DNA of 63,895 nucleotides, filler included, from Folioceros fuciformis (lineage: Eukaryota), in the NCBI GenBank assembly GCA_049999805.1. It is 20 parts of 20 records of this genome, joined end to end, with 100 filler letters (N's around TTAATTAATTAA, not from the genome) between each part and the next. Parts side by side here need not be neighbours in the genome. Positions count along the whole stretch, not along the records: positions 48,258 to 51,563 come from JBNGIO010002415.1; positions 51,664 to 52,849 come from JBNGIO010002416.1; positions 52,950 to 54,411 come from JBNGIO010002417.1; positions 54,512 to 55,689 come from JBNGIO010002418.1; positions 55,790 to 57,462 come from JBNGIO010002419.1; positions 57,563 to 59,043 come from JBNGIO010002420.1; positions 59,144 to 60,301 come from JBNGIO010002421.1; 13 more parts are not named here. One strand, 5' to 3'. Below the pieces are notes generated by a model that was given only the letters and a program-made list of their open reading frames with translations, had not been told where the DNA came from and searched no databases. Numbering within the stretch: position 1 is the stretch's first letter; each line of letters begins with the position of its first letter. The translations under genes and the position numbers were made by a program. Shown here in pieces: positions 48,698 to 60,401 of the stretch.

Positions 48698-51451
48698 TGA
48701 CTGGGTCACCATGCTTGAATCGACAGATTCGAGCCTTGATGTCCACAGCCCATGAACACAACGACGTTGCCGTTCCCGAGCGTGAATGTCTACAGACACA
48801 CTGACTTCTATGCCTACTGATTGGGTACGGCAAATTTCTGTGCCTCAGCCGTGATAACACAGCATGCTTCACAGCAATTATTGTGCACATCTTCTCTGGC
48901 GGTGGAGTGGACGTCCCAACTGGTGCCACTGGAGGACGGTCACCCTTACTTCTTGCCCTTTCTTGCTGGCATTGCACGTGAAATGTGAAACAAGCATGAC
49001 CCCACATCGTTCTGTTGGGTCTATTCAGAACTTGCTTCTGAAGCCAGAAACTGCAGGCTGACAACAACATAAACAGCTCGAATCATTGACAGACAGTACA
49101 AGTACTAGCGGAGGAGAAGGACTAGTACTGCCAGGGCTAGGCCCTATGCCTGCAGGCACTGGATGGCCGGTGAACTTAGAAAGTATCCACAAATTAGACG
49201 CAGAGAGAGTGCACTTGCTCCACCTCCTTTCCGCTGACGAAGAAAGACTCGGCCAGGAGCTCCGCTTTAGTTCCTGACCCGTACAGCAAGAGGGGCATGA
49301 GCTGGATGCCCGGGTTCTAGCCCTTGAGCACGTTCAGACTTACGGCCTGCGATATGCCCACGTTGTCGGGGCATCTTTTGCACTCCCATCAAACGTGGTG
49401 GTCTTGATTTTGCGTTGGAGTTCCTTGTCCAGGTGTGGCTTCGGTTTGAAAGCCTGTTCTTCTCTGGACCATCAGGTGAGCTAGTCCGGGCCGTCCCTCT
49501 CTGGTTTTCCCGATTCTCATAGCGCATAAGCTGCACACGTCTGACCAGGTCTTTAATCTCCTTGTTGTCCTTATCGCCTGGTCCGAGTTCGTCAGGAGTG
49601 TCTTCAGCTCTCGTCCTCCACACTGGGCTCCCGGCCTACTGTCAGGTGCTTTCATACTGCTGTTACGGGGCCCCCGAAGTGTCATGAGCTGAATGCCGGG
49701 TGCCTTCTGCAGAGCCCGCTGGTTTGGGAGACGTCGGAGGTGGTGGGGACTGGTGAGCGCCTGGGGGTGCTGACTGCTCCAGGGCTTGGAGCGCACCCCC
49801 CAGCTGCCTGTTCCGGAGGGTCGGACCTGGTCCTCTCCCAGCTGGGTGTCGGCGATGAGCGTGGACGCTTGGATCATCAATCCAGTCTCAAACATTTGCA
49901 TGCAACAGCAGCAACTTGACGGCACTGCGGGATCGCGGTGAGCAACGGGTTCTTACAACAAGAGGCGACAATTTTTAATGGGTCGCGAATTCGCGGACAC
50001 CCCTACAGTCAGGTAACAGCTACATCGCAGATTTGCCAGCGAAGCCATTTGCCAACGCAGGGTTTAGGGTGAGTCCCGAGCTTGGCTGGAATTCAAACGG
50101 TTTGGGCGCGACACTCCCTTACCTTAGGTTTCTTGCAACGGAAGGAGTAGAGTGAAAAGGAGCGCTCAGCGCGCGCGCCAAGGACTGGCGGGACAGCACA
50201 TGATCGCGATGGCTGAGCAGGTATCGGGAGACCCAAACAGCGGGAGTTGAGACAGCGAGGGAGCGGGCAGGTCTGCCGCTTCACGATTTAGGGTCGTTGG
50301 ATGCGAGAGCAGATTTCTTGACGGCCGCGGCTGCCCAAAATTCGATCCACATGGAAGGGCTGGCGGGATTTCAGGTTGATACATCTCCTGCTGCCGTTAC
50401 CGAGTGATGCTGGCCTGATGCCCGACATTGGCCACCAGCTGTATAGCCTAGTTTCCTTCCAACGAATTCAAAGTTTTTTTGTCATGGAATCAGGTGGTCC
50501 AAGTTGAGGAGGCTGAAAGCTGTCGACCCGAGTCGAGCTAACATTACCGTTCAAAAAGACAGGAGGGGGATGATAAAAGATGGAAGGTGTAACGAAGGTA
50601 AAATTATCGGATGAAGAGTCTAAAGGTTCGATAAAGGATGTACACCTTAACAATTGAGTGTGCCTGTCTACCGACACACTTTGTATTAATAATTGAGTGC
50701 TCTGGTAGACTAACACACCCTCTTTATATTTATGCATTGTTTTAATATCTATTTAGTTTTGAAATAACATTAATTAAATAGATATGGGAAATAGTGTGGT
50801 GGTTAGAGTCCTGTTTAAAGTATGAAAGGTTTTGAGTTGGATGAAAATATATTCAAAAATTTATTTTCAATCCCATCTATGAAAACTTTTGCAAGGTACT
50901 TACTTTTAATCCAACCATAAACTTTCATTCTCAATATAGTTACTTTCAACCCATTTCATGAAATCTTTCTCAAAATACTTACTTTCAATCCATTATTTGA
51001 ATGTTTCTCAAAATATTTCTTTCAACCAAGTTTATGAAATCTTTCTCAAAATACTTACTTTTAACTTAGTCTAGAGAAAGATACTTACTTTCAATTGTAA
51101 TCTTAATTATGTAACCTTTTTTTATGTAATTGGTAGACTGGTGCACATAGACTGTTGCATGCGTCGACTGGTGCATTTGAACTGCAAGAGTGCAGCAATA
51201 GATTGGCGCACCTTGGAGTATCTTGCTGCTGTCTTTTCCACATCAAGCTGTTTGTTTCCTTATGACATTGATGTAATAGACGCTTATATGGTTAACTACA
51301 AAAACTTTGAGACACTTCAAAGTCGTAGATTTAGAATCAAAACCTAAAGAACTTGTGTTTGTGCAAGAGGGCAATATGATATGAGTGAACTTGTATGGTG
51401 GTTTTTAGAAATGACGTCCATTTGTGGCTAAATATTGAACACATTAAGTGT

Positions 51452-51563
51452 ATTTCAAAACATCATTGGGTCAATAAATCCTCTTATCATTTCAAAACAT
51501 CATTGGGTCAATAAATCCTCTTATCATTTCAAAACATCATTGGGTCAATAAATCCTCTTATCA
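51452..51563. repeat. Perfect tandem repeat, 3 x 37 bp, running into a gap
   Basis: ATTTCAAAACATCATTGGGTCAATAAATCCTCTTATC at 51452, 51489 and 51526. Confidence 0.95.
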
Positions 51564-51663
51564 NNNNNNNNNNNNNNNNNNNNNNNNNNNNNNNNNNNNN
51601 NNNNNNNTTAATTAATTAANNNNNNNNNNNNNNNNNNNNNNNNNNNNNNNNNNNNNNNNNNNN

Positions 51664-52849
51664 GGGAAGAGGAGTGGCCAGTGGAGGACTCCTACCAAAT
51701 TCATGAGTTTTCCCAAGGGCAGCAATACCCCAAGGCGGCCCACCCTTCCATTCTGCGAAATCCCATGGGCATGGGTGGTTGCAGCAACCAAATGGGGAGG
51801 GTTGCTAATCAAACAGCGGGGGTGGTCCAATGCTACAATTGCCGGGGCTTTGAACATTATGCCAATAGTTGCCCCTCAGCAACCAAGCAAGCCAATGGGG
51901 ATTATGATAGGTTGTGCCAGGACTGCAAACAGCAGGGGCACGTGGTGGGCAGCGTGCTTTGCCAGAACCCTAGAAAGAGTGTGAGGATCGCCCAGCCAGT
52001 GGTGACAGGGGTGGAGCAAGCAGCACCTCAAGGGGTTGCAACAGCCATGCACGTGGAAGACGCCCTCATGGTTGTTTGGGAGGAGGCTGAGGCCAAGGTG
52101 CTTAAGGGATTGGAAGGCCTGGACACCACATTGGGGGGTTACTATGGGGAGGCTGCAGCTATGGCAGTATGCACCCGTAGTGGAAGGAAGAGAGGGAAGC
52201 AACGGAGTGCCAAGAAGAGAAGGAAGGAAGCAGAATCCACTACATGATCGGAGGAGGACGGGAAGAGCACTCCACACGCAATCAAGGGACAAATCTCCGA
52301 GAGAGAAAAATTAAGGGTTGGAAAGGAAGTAGCTCCAGCAAAGGAGGGGAACCTAGAATTTCCACCAGATGTGCGGGGAGAGGTCATGGACATGATCCAG
52401 GAGGAGCTGGATAAGGCAGCAAGGGTGGCAGGACCTATGGCTGCAAGTAAGCCACCTAGGGAGGTGGCAGCAATGACTAAAAGCACAGCCGGGGCTGTCA
52501 AGAAGCCATTCGACTTGGCTGGGGCCATCATGGACCAGCAATTCGTTGTCACCTTTGGCCAGCTCTTGAAGGACAACCCCAAATACCGGTAGCAAGTCTA
52601 GAAGGCCTTGCAGGAAGCCCAACCCAAGAAGAAGAAGAGGCTGCCTAAATCAAGGCCAAGGGTGTTAGCCCCTATGGTCAACATGGTGTCCATGGTGGAC
52701 CAAGGGCCGGCCGAGTTGCAGGCGGAGATTGCGGGCTGCGTGATTAAAAGGGTTCCGCTGGACACGGGTTCAGGGGTGAATATCATGACGGAGGACACTG
52801 CCAAGAAGCTCGGGTTGGAGGTGGAGCCCACAACCAAGGTCTTGAGGCT
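51664..52849 (+). pseudogene. Gypsy gag C-terminus (two zinc knuckles) and aspartic protease
   Basis: CYNCRGFEHYANSC, CQDCKQQGHVVGSVLC, VTFGQLLKDNP, LDTGSGVNIM. Confidence 0.88.
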
Positions 52850-52949
52850 NNNNNNNNNNNNNNNNNNNNNNNNNNNNNNNNNNNNNNNNNNNNTTAATTA
52901 ATTAANNNNNNNNNNNNNNNNNNNNNNNNNNNNNNNNNNNNNNNNNNNN

Positions 52950-53510
52950 GCACAAGGTCTTGCAAAGCCACCAAAATTCGCGGCTGCAACTCTTCAACAT
53001 CCCCTTCCCTCCTGCATCTCCTTTGCATCCTACCCCCGTCCCCCTCACCCACCATTCTTTTCTTCATCATACTTCCTTCCACCCATCTCCTCTGACCGTA
53101 AGGCCTGCTAAACACGTTAACGTCCGCCTCGATTCCACGTGTCATGCCCAAAATGCGAAGGCACATCTCATTATTCTTAGCCATGTCAAAGGCAAAATTG
53201 ATGAAAGAGTCTTTGGTTACACACCAAGTCTAGTGCAAATCACATGGACCAAGGCATCCTTGTTATCATAACCACCCAGGAGCAGGGTTTGCAAGGTGGT
53301 GTTCCTGACCAGGCCCATCCCAATCACTTCTGCTTCATCCAAGTCCAACCCTATCTCACACATGCACAAGTGCTGCAGGCAGGGACACACTTTCTCACTC
53401 AACAGTGCCGCCACAAGTGCGGCCCCTCCACTACTCCCGCCGCTGCTTTCTCCCCCATTGTTAGACAAGTTTAGGACACGGAGGTTCATTACAGTATTGA
53501 CGAGCGCCGC
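52950..53510 (-). pseudogene. RNI-like leucine-rich-repeat gene fragment
   Basis: NLRVLNLSNN..GAALVAAL..CLQHLCMCEIGL..AEVIGMGLVRNTTLQTLLL, then after a frameshift LAKNNEMCLRIL. Confidence 0.65.
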
Positions 53511-53829
53511 GTCTTACTTGCATTTTATTAAGCTTGATCAAGTCGTCAAGACTTTGATCATTAATATTATTTGTATTAAGGTTGTTTCTTATTATATAGT
53601 TTGCTTGCTCTTTATTGAGCTTTGCTTTTGTATTAGATTTTCCTTGCTTTTTATTGAGCTTAATTAGTTCATCCAGACTTAAGGAGTTCATAGGCCCTTT
53701 TTCTTTTGGGCTGTGTAATTGTAGAGCGCGTTCCTCTTCTTGTTTCTTTAGATTGATCAAGTGTCTCAAGTCATCCATACGAAGCATGTTTGCATGCCCT
53801 TTTGGGCCTTCTGACTTAGGGGCTTGCAT
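53461..53829 (-). CDS. Hypothetical 122-aa ORF with repeated SLD(D/E)LIKLNK motifs
   Basis: Open frame in AT-rich DNA with an AAAAATG start. Two close motif copies and one degenerate copy. Possible GTAAGA donor near 53518. Confidence 0.4.
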   Translation of the reverse strand: MQAPKSEGPKGHANMLRMDDLRHLINLKKQEEERALQLHSPKEKGPMNSLSLDELIKLNKKQGKSNTKAKLNKEQANYIIRNNLNTNNINDQSLDDLIKLNKMQVRRGARQYCNEPPCPKLV

Positions 53830-54511
53830 TTTTCATGAAATAGAATAGATTTGATTTATAGACTTCTCTCGTAATTGAATTATTGAAGGGATCTCTTTTT
53901 GAGTTTAATAATTTGATGTTCATAAAAGTTCAATTATAGATCTATAAAGATAAAGACATAAAACAATAAGATAAAGATTAATTCAAAGCATATAACAAAA
54001 TAATAATAATAATAAAGCAGAAAACAAAAACAAACAATCAAGCACGAAATAGAAGATTCATCATGAAGAACAAGAACAACATGAAGATGAAGATTAGGAT
54101 AACAACCAAAAACAATGAAACCCTCAAAAGAAAGAGAGAAAGAATAGCTCGAAAAGGGGAAAAGAAAAAACCCAAAAAAACTCTAAGAAAGAAACACAAT
54201 AGAAACAATGGAAGAAGGAGAAAAGCACTTAGGTCAAACATATTAGAAAGAGAAGAGACAATAAAGAACCCTAAGAAAAAGAAGAAACACTCACACAACA
54301 AGAGAAAAAGGGAACAATCCAAGAAACCAAACCCACTCATATGACACACAAAATCCGATAAAATACATTGGGAAAGAAAAGAGAAACGCAACCAAAGGAG
54401 AGAGAATACATNNNNNNNNNNNNNNNNNNNNNNNNNNNNNNNNNNNNNNNNNNNNTTAATTAATTAANNNNNNNNNNNNNNNNNNNNNNNNNNNNNNNNN
54501 NNNNNNNNNNN

Positions 54512-55689
54512 AATTTCTTGTCCCAATCAGGCCCCTTGAGTGTTGGTGCTGTCACAAGAGTGGTCCTCAAGTCCTGAAATGCAGCCTCCCTCGCCGCTGT
54601 CCACTCCCAAGATTGCTCCTTCCTCAATAGGCCCGTCAAAGGGGCAGCCCGTCTCGCAAAATTGGGCACAAACCGGCGGTAGTATCCCACCATTCCCGGG
54701 AATCCACACAGCTCCTTGAGTGTGGTTGGGGCCCTCAAGGCAGCAATTACCTTCACCTTATCCGGGTCCACTTCAATGCCTCGTGCTGAAATTCTGTGAC
54801 CCAGCAAGATCCCTTCAGCCATACCAAAATAGCATTTCTCTGGGTGCAAACACAGTTGCGTCTCCTAGCACCTAGCCAAGCATAGCCTTAGGTGATGTAG
54901 ATGTTGTTCCACCCTTCCAGACACACAAAAATCATCTATGAACACCTCCAAGAACTTGTGGAGGAAGTCCTTGAAGATCTTGTACACGCTGCGCATGAAA
55001 GACCCTGGTGCTCCTGTCAGCCAAAAGGCACTCCTCTTGTAGGCAAAAGTCCCCCAATCGGTTGTGAAGGCTGTCAATGGCCAATCACTCTCCCTTAGGG
55101 ACAGCTGATTGTAACCGGATTAGCCATCCAAAAAGGAGTACATCATGCGGCCAGCCACCAAATCCAGGATGTTGTCAATGAATGGTAAGGGAAAATGATC
55201 CTTCTTGGTGGCCTTGTTCAGCCTCCTCCAGTCCTGGCACACCCGAATCTTTCCAGGCTGTTTCTTAGGCACCACCACGATTGGGGCCACCCACTCTGAA
55301 TTCACAATGGGAAAAATCACATATGCCTTCAAGTACTGCTCCAGCTGTTCCTTTACCTTCATGGAGTACTTTGGATTCAGCTTGTATTGTGGAATTTGGA
55401 CGGGGACAGCTCCTGGTTCCAAGTCAATCTTGTGCTCCCCCCATTCCTTGGGAATTCCCTTCATGTCCGTCACCTCAAAGGCAAACACATCGACGAACTC
55501 GGCCAAGAGTTGCTTCATCCCCTCCTCCAATGTGGCATCCAGCTGTTTTGCAAACTTCAGCACCTTGCCCGGCACTACCTCCACATCCTTGATTTCATCA
55601 GCCTGCACCCATTCACGCTCCATCGGTGCTGAGCTGACTCCAAACCCCTCCTCCGGCTCCCGGGGATCTTCCTCCCTCATTCCCCATTC
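54512..55689 (-). pseudogene. Gypsy (Athila-like) reverse transcriptase fragment
   Basis: KKDHFPLPFIDNILD, SFLDG, FLEVFIDDF, KCYFGMAEGILLGH, GMVGYYRRFV. Confidence 0.94.
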
Positions 55690-55789
55690 NNNNNNNNNNN
55701 NNNNNNNNNNNNNNNNNNNNNNNNNNNNNNNNNTTAATTAATTAANNNNNNNNNNNNNNNNNNNNNNNNNNNNNNNNNNNNNNNNNNNN

Positions 55790-57428
55790 GCCTTGGGGGG
55801 GGCCTCCGCTAGACGCTGCGGGCGCCGGCCCGCCTGGCCAGCTGACGTGGGCGCCAGCCCCCGGGGCACCTGGAGCACGGGCTGGGGATGCCAAGCCGCC
55901 AGGCCCGGATGCCCAGAGCACGGGCCAGGGACGCCCAGCCGCCAGGCCCGGATGCCCAGAGCACGGGCCGTGGACGCTCGGGGCGCTGCGTCTGACGGGC
56001 GCTGTGCCTAAGCGAGCGCCGTGCCTGAAGCGGACGCCGTTGACCAGGCCATCGAACCGCCTGGCCAAAGAGCATCGCGAACGCTGGAGGACGGACACCG
56101 CGGGTGACAAGAGGAACACGAGCGCATGCTAGCTGAATCCCGGCCACGAGGCGGCAAGATCTCAGTCGAGAATTTAGGCCTGTCGAGTCGACTTGTGGAC
56201 AGCTGATTCAAAACGAAAGTGAGGGTAACAGAATCTACATTACATTTCGACAGTTTCTAACTAGCCTTTAGCTTCATTTGCATCGATTTTGAAACATGGT
56301 GTCCTCAGAAAACGTCATATTCAATATTGAGAAGTTAGATGGTACTAACTTCCCGTTCTGGAAAGAACAAGTGTATAATGTTCTAGTACAAAAGAAGCAG
56401 ATCAAGCCGATAAAGTTGCTAGGAGTGAAACCCATTAGCATGACTCAGGATGAGGGGCAGGATCTAGATGACATTGCTAGGTCTACCATCATGCTAACAT
56501 TGTCGAAGTCGGTCTACTTCAACGTGAAAGACAAGACCACAAGCTACGAGCTATGGCAGAAGTTGTGTGACCTGTACGAGAAGCAAAGTGCGGCTTCTCA
56601 TGTGTACTGGTTGAAACAACTGGTGGACTTGAAGATGAAGGAAGGGACGAGGATGTCCGATCATCTGAACGAGTTCAATACCATTTTCAGCTAGCTCTCA
56701 TCTCAAGGTATCTCGTTTCCAGATTCCATGAGAGCTATGTTTTTGTTGGTCACATTACCAGAGAGCTGGGACACCTTTCGTACAGCTCTGAGTAATTCCG
56801 CTCTTGCCAGTGGTCTTACCGCTGTAAATGTAGAAGGTAGCCTGTTAACATAGGAGGTGAATTGGAAGAATATGGAACCTTCGAAAGGTTCCAATGCCCT
56901 CATGGTGAGAGAAAGGTCCACTTCAAAGAGGAAGTACAAGGAGCGAAGTTCTTCCCGTAGTAAATCTCATAGTCGTAACAATGTTGAGTGTTGCCATTGT
57001 CACAAGAAGGGTCACATCAAGAAGGACTGCGAGAAGTTCAAGAAGAACAAAGGAAAGGAGAAGAAGCAAAGCGACAACAAGGCAAGTCCGAGTACCAAGC
57101 CTAACAAGGTGAATTCTGTTGACAATGGAGATGTTCTTATCTCTTCTTCCTTCGATTATGCACAACTGATAGCCGTGGAGAGTCCCTTATTCTCTTATTG
57201 GATAATTGACTTTGGAGCATCTTTCCATGTTACTCCGCATAGGGAGTGGTTTAGCACGTATGATGCTACTAGGAAAGGATGTGTACGGCTTGGAAATAAC
57301 TACGCATGCGAGATTGCACGCGTTAGTGATGTGCAGCTAAAGTTCGACAATGGATCTTCATTTATACTGAAGGATGTTAGGCGTGTTCCGAAGTTGGCTA
57401 AAAGCATGATTAGTGTAGGGCAGTTAGA
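55790..57428 (+). mobile_element. Copia leader, gag and protease (main family)
   Basis: gag start at 56296 (MVSSENVIFNIEKLDGTNF), CCHCHKKGHIKKDC, WIIDFGAS. Homology to the other copies ends at about 57428. Confidence 0.95.
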
Positions 57429-57562
57429 AATAGTGCAGACTGCGTTGGTTAAGGTCGACTAGNNNNNNNNNNNNNNNNNNNNNNNNNNNNNNNNNNNNNN
57501 NNNNNNTTAATTAATTAANNNNNNNNNNNNNNNNNNNNNNNNNNNNNNNNNNNNNNNNNNNN

Positions 57563-57826
57563 ACCTAGACTCAAACTTTCCCAACCCTATGGCCTGGTAC
57601 CGAACCTAAACCTTCCCAGGTTTGGGACCACACCTATACCCACTCTTATAACCAAACCAACTATTTCCTGGTCAATTAACTTAATTAGCACAAAGAAAAA
57701 TAGGAAAAATGGCCAGAAAATAAAGGAAAATTAGGGAAAATAAGTTGAAAAAGAAAACCAAACCATACCACTATTAATACTTTTTCAACCAAAACAAACT
57801 ACTATCCCCAACTTTGGAGGTTCACA
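57563..57826. mobile_element. LTR terminus (family B) ...ACTTTGGAGGTTCACA
   Basis: Colinear with about 61763-62036. The inverted terminus TGTGAACCTCCAAAGTT is at 60253-60301. Confidence 0.88.
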
Positions 57827-58319
57827 GCAGACACTACCATATCGGGTAGCAAGGTGCAGTGGAGTCCTGTGGGAAAATGTTAACCGGATTTTTAAGATGT
57901 GGGAGAGGAGCGAGCTTCTGGAACAGGTAGCAGGAGGGAGCACAGGCACGAAGAAGCAAGCGAAAGCGAAGAGGAAACCAGGGGAAGCTGGCATAGCTTC
58001 CCATAGCACCTCTGTGGCTAATGAGTCCACAAAAAAGGTTACCGCAATGCAGGGAAGGCCTTGGAGGGCCTTTCAAGGAGTTCCAGCAGGTGCAAAAGAG
58101 GAGGAGATGCTCATCGCAGTAACCCAGAAGGTCATATAGGGGAAGCACCAGCTAAAGGACATGGACGCAGCGGTGGGCAAAAGGAAGAAGATTCACCTGA
58201 TACAGCATGCGTTCTGGATAGCTCTGAAATGTGCAACCTTCGAAGAAACTGAGTAGATATACCCCAAGCACACTGAAGATGCGAATCTTCTTTGATTCCA
58301 AACGGCCTTTGCAAAAGTG
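57827..58319 (+). pseudogene. Decayed exon of an unidentified protein
   Basis: Protein-like frame (PWRAFQGVP...LIQHAFWIALKCATFEETE*IYPKHTED) with a few stops, ending at a GTAAGT donor near 58320. Confidence 0.45.
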
Positions 58320-58401
58320 GTAAGTTTTCTTTTAGTTGCTTCATGAATCTCATGTTCTTTTAGTTCTTATGTTGGACTGTCGACAAGTAGGCTTGGTCAG
58401 T

Positions 58402-58562
58402 GGCTGGAGTGCGCGGGTCTACCGGTGCTTTCCAGCCCTAATGAAAGACTGAGGTAGAGACTCTGTCTGGAGTGCGCCGGTCTACCGGCACACTCCAGCC
58501 TGAGTGGCCGCTTCTAGGCAGTATTTGGCTGGAGTGCGCCGGTTGATCGGCGCACTCAAACC
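58402..58562. repeat. Three 36-bp palindromic repeats with 27- and 26-bp spacers
   Basis: Units 58402-58437, 58465-58500 and 58527-58562. Consensus GGCTGGAGTGCGCCGG-TCTA-CCGGCGCACTCCAGCC. Confidence 0.9.
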
Positions 58563-58928
58563 ACTTTGACTAATGAAAGTAACATAGTTTGCTGACGAAG
58601 ATATTTGTTGGCAGAAACCTGCAGATATAAACGACCAGGAATCGTTGCCCAAGCCGTTCCAGGATTACGTGTACTCAGCAAGGAACTGGAAACGGTTAGA
58701 AGAGGAGAAGCAGAAACTTGCGGATGCCGATATGGATGCTGGTTTGTCAGAGTTCAGGGTCCCCACAGCAACCAAAAAACGAAATATCAAGTGATGTAGA
58801 GAAGCGTTCTGGAGATGAGCGGATTTCTAGTAAAGAGACCTTATACCCTATTGTTCGCTGATTTGCCTCGTGGTCTCCAACGACATGATTATAACAGGCA
58901 ATTGACTAGCGAGGACCTTGAAGACATG

Positions 58929-59043
58929 TGTGGAGGCAAAACCCCGGGCACTGATTGCCGAAGGGTCCCACCTTTAGTGGCCACACTTATCCCACTGTCG
59001 TTGAGACATTGGGTTTCGTTCCCACGAAGGAGCGATGGGGTTC
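58929..59043. mobile_element. LTR family D terminus (inverted copy)
   Basis: TGTGGAGGCAAAACCCCGGGCACTGATTGCC... matches the reverse complement of the ends at 44426 and 63684. Confidence 0.88.
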
Positions 59044-59143
59044 NNNNNNNNNNNNNNNNNNNNNNNNNNNNNNNNNNNNNNNNNNNNTTAATTAATTAAN
59101 NNNNNNNNNNNNNNNNNNNNNNNNNNNNNNNNNNNNNNNNNNN

Positions 59144-60252
59144 CCGTCGCACCTCCACAGTTGGAGTAGGCTTCTTGTGCATCTTGGTCTCATTGAAGAA
59201 CACGTCATTGCTACGAACCATCCTCTTGGCCTATGGATCCCACAAACAGTATCCCATCTCACCAGATTCACCACAGCCAAGAAAAATACATTTTTTGGAC
59301 TTGGGTGCCAACTTGTCTCGAAACTCCTTCGGAATATGGTAGTATGCCTCGCAGCCAAACACTCGTAGATGCTTGTATGATGGCTTCTTTCCATACCACA
59401 TCTCCTCTGGAACCTATTCATCGACAACCCTATTAGGAGATCTGTTAATGCGATGCACCGCAGTAACCACTGCTTCTGCCCAAAATCCATTAGGCATTCC
59501 AAAGTTTGACAATAAACTACACATCCTCTCCTGGATGGTTCTGTTCAGCCGTTCAGCCACACCATTCTGGGGAGGGGTATACGGCGCAGTCAATTTTCTC
59601 TTAATTCCCTTGGAATCACAGAATGACTGGAAAGCCTTCGAGACATACTCTCCCCCATTGTCGATCCTCAGACACTTCAGCCGAAGGCCAGACTGATTCT
59701 CCACAAAGATGACAAATTTTTGAAACACTGTCAGAACATCATCCTTTTTCCTCAAAGGATAAACCCACACCTTGCGTGAGAAGTCATTAATGAAAGTGAC
59801 AAAATAGGATGCACCGGCTAACGATACAGTGGGCATACGTCCACAAACATCACTGTGAACCAACTCAAGAGGTTTACTTTTGTGTTTACCTCTTGCTCCA
59901 TGTGGTGACTTCGTTTGTTTCCCATACAAACAGTGCTCGCACACGGAGAAATCAGAGAAGTCAAAAGCAGGGACGTAACCAAAACGAGATAGTGTCTTCA
60001 TTCATTTTTGAGACATATGTCCTAACCGACTATGCCACAAGGAAACTCTTGGCTGTTCCGTTACACAAATCACATCATCCTTAACAGTGGTTACGTGAAG
60101 TGAGTACAAAGTGCCACACTTCGATCCACGAGCTAACATAAGAGAACCTTTGGAGATCTTCCAAAGACGATCTCCAAACCAACAATGGTAGCCAGCGTCA
60201 TCCAACTGCCCTGTGCTAATCATGCTTTTGGTCAACTTCGGAACATGCCTAA
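59144..60252 (-). mobile_element. Copia GAG-pre-integrase and integrase core (main family), interrupted by LTR B at 60253
   Basis: LWHSRLGHMS, CEHCLYGKQ, LVHSDVCG, DNGGEY, PPQNGVAERLNRTI. Confidence 0.96.
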
Positions 60253-60401
60253 TGTGAACCTCCAAAGTTTGGGGTAGTAGTTTGTTTTGGTTGAAAAAGG
60301 GNNNNNNNNNNNNNNNNNNNNNNNNNNNNNNNNNNNNNNNNNNNNTTAATTAATTAANNNNNNNNNNNNNNNNNNNNNNNNNNNNNNNNNNNNNNNNNNN
60401 N

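Noticed and set aside
49086-50400. Possible minus-strand gene (ORFs 49267-49623, 49389-49925)
   Set aside because: Could not build a consistent exon structure or recognise a domain.
54038-54391. Lys-rich and Phe/Leu-rich ORFs
   Set aside because: Artefacts of a purine/pyrimidine-skewed low-complexity tract.
58402-58562. True CRISPR array
   Set aside because: Plant TE context, only three divergent fully palindromic units, no cas genes or leader; kept as a repeat.
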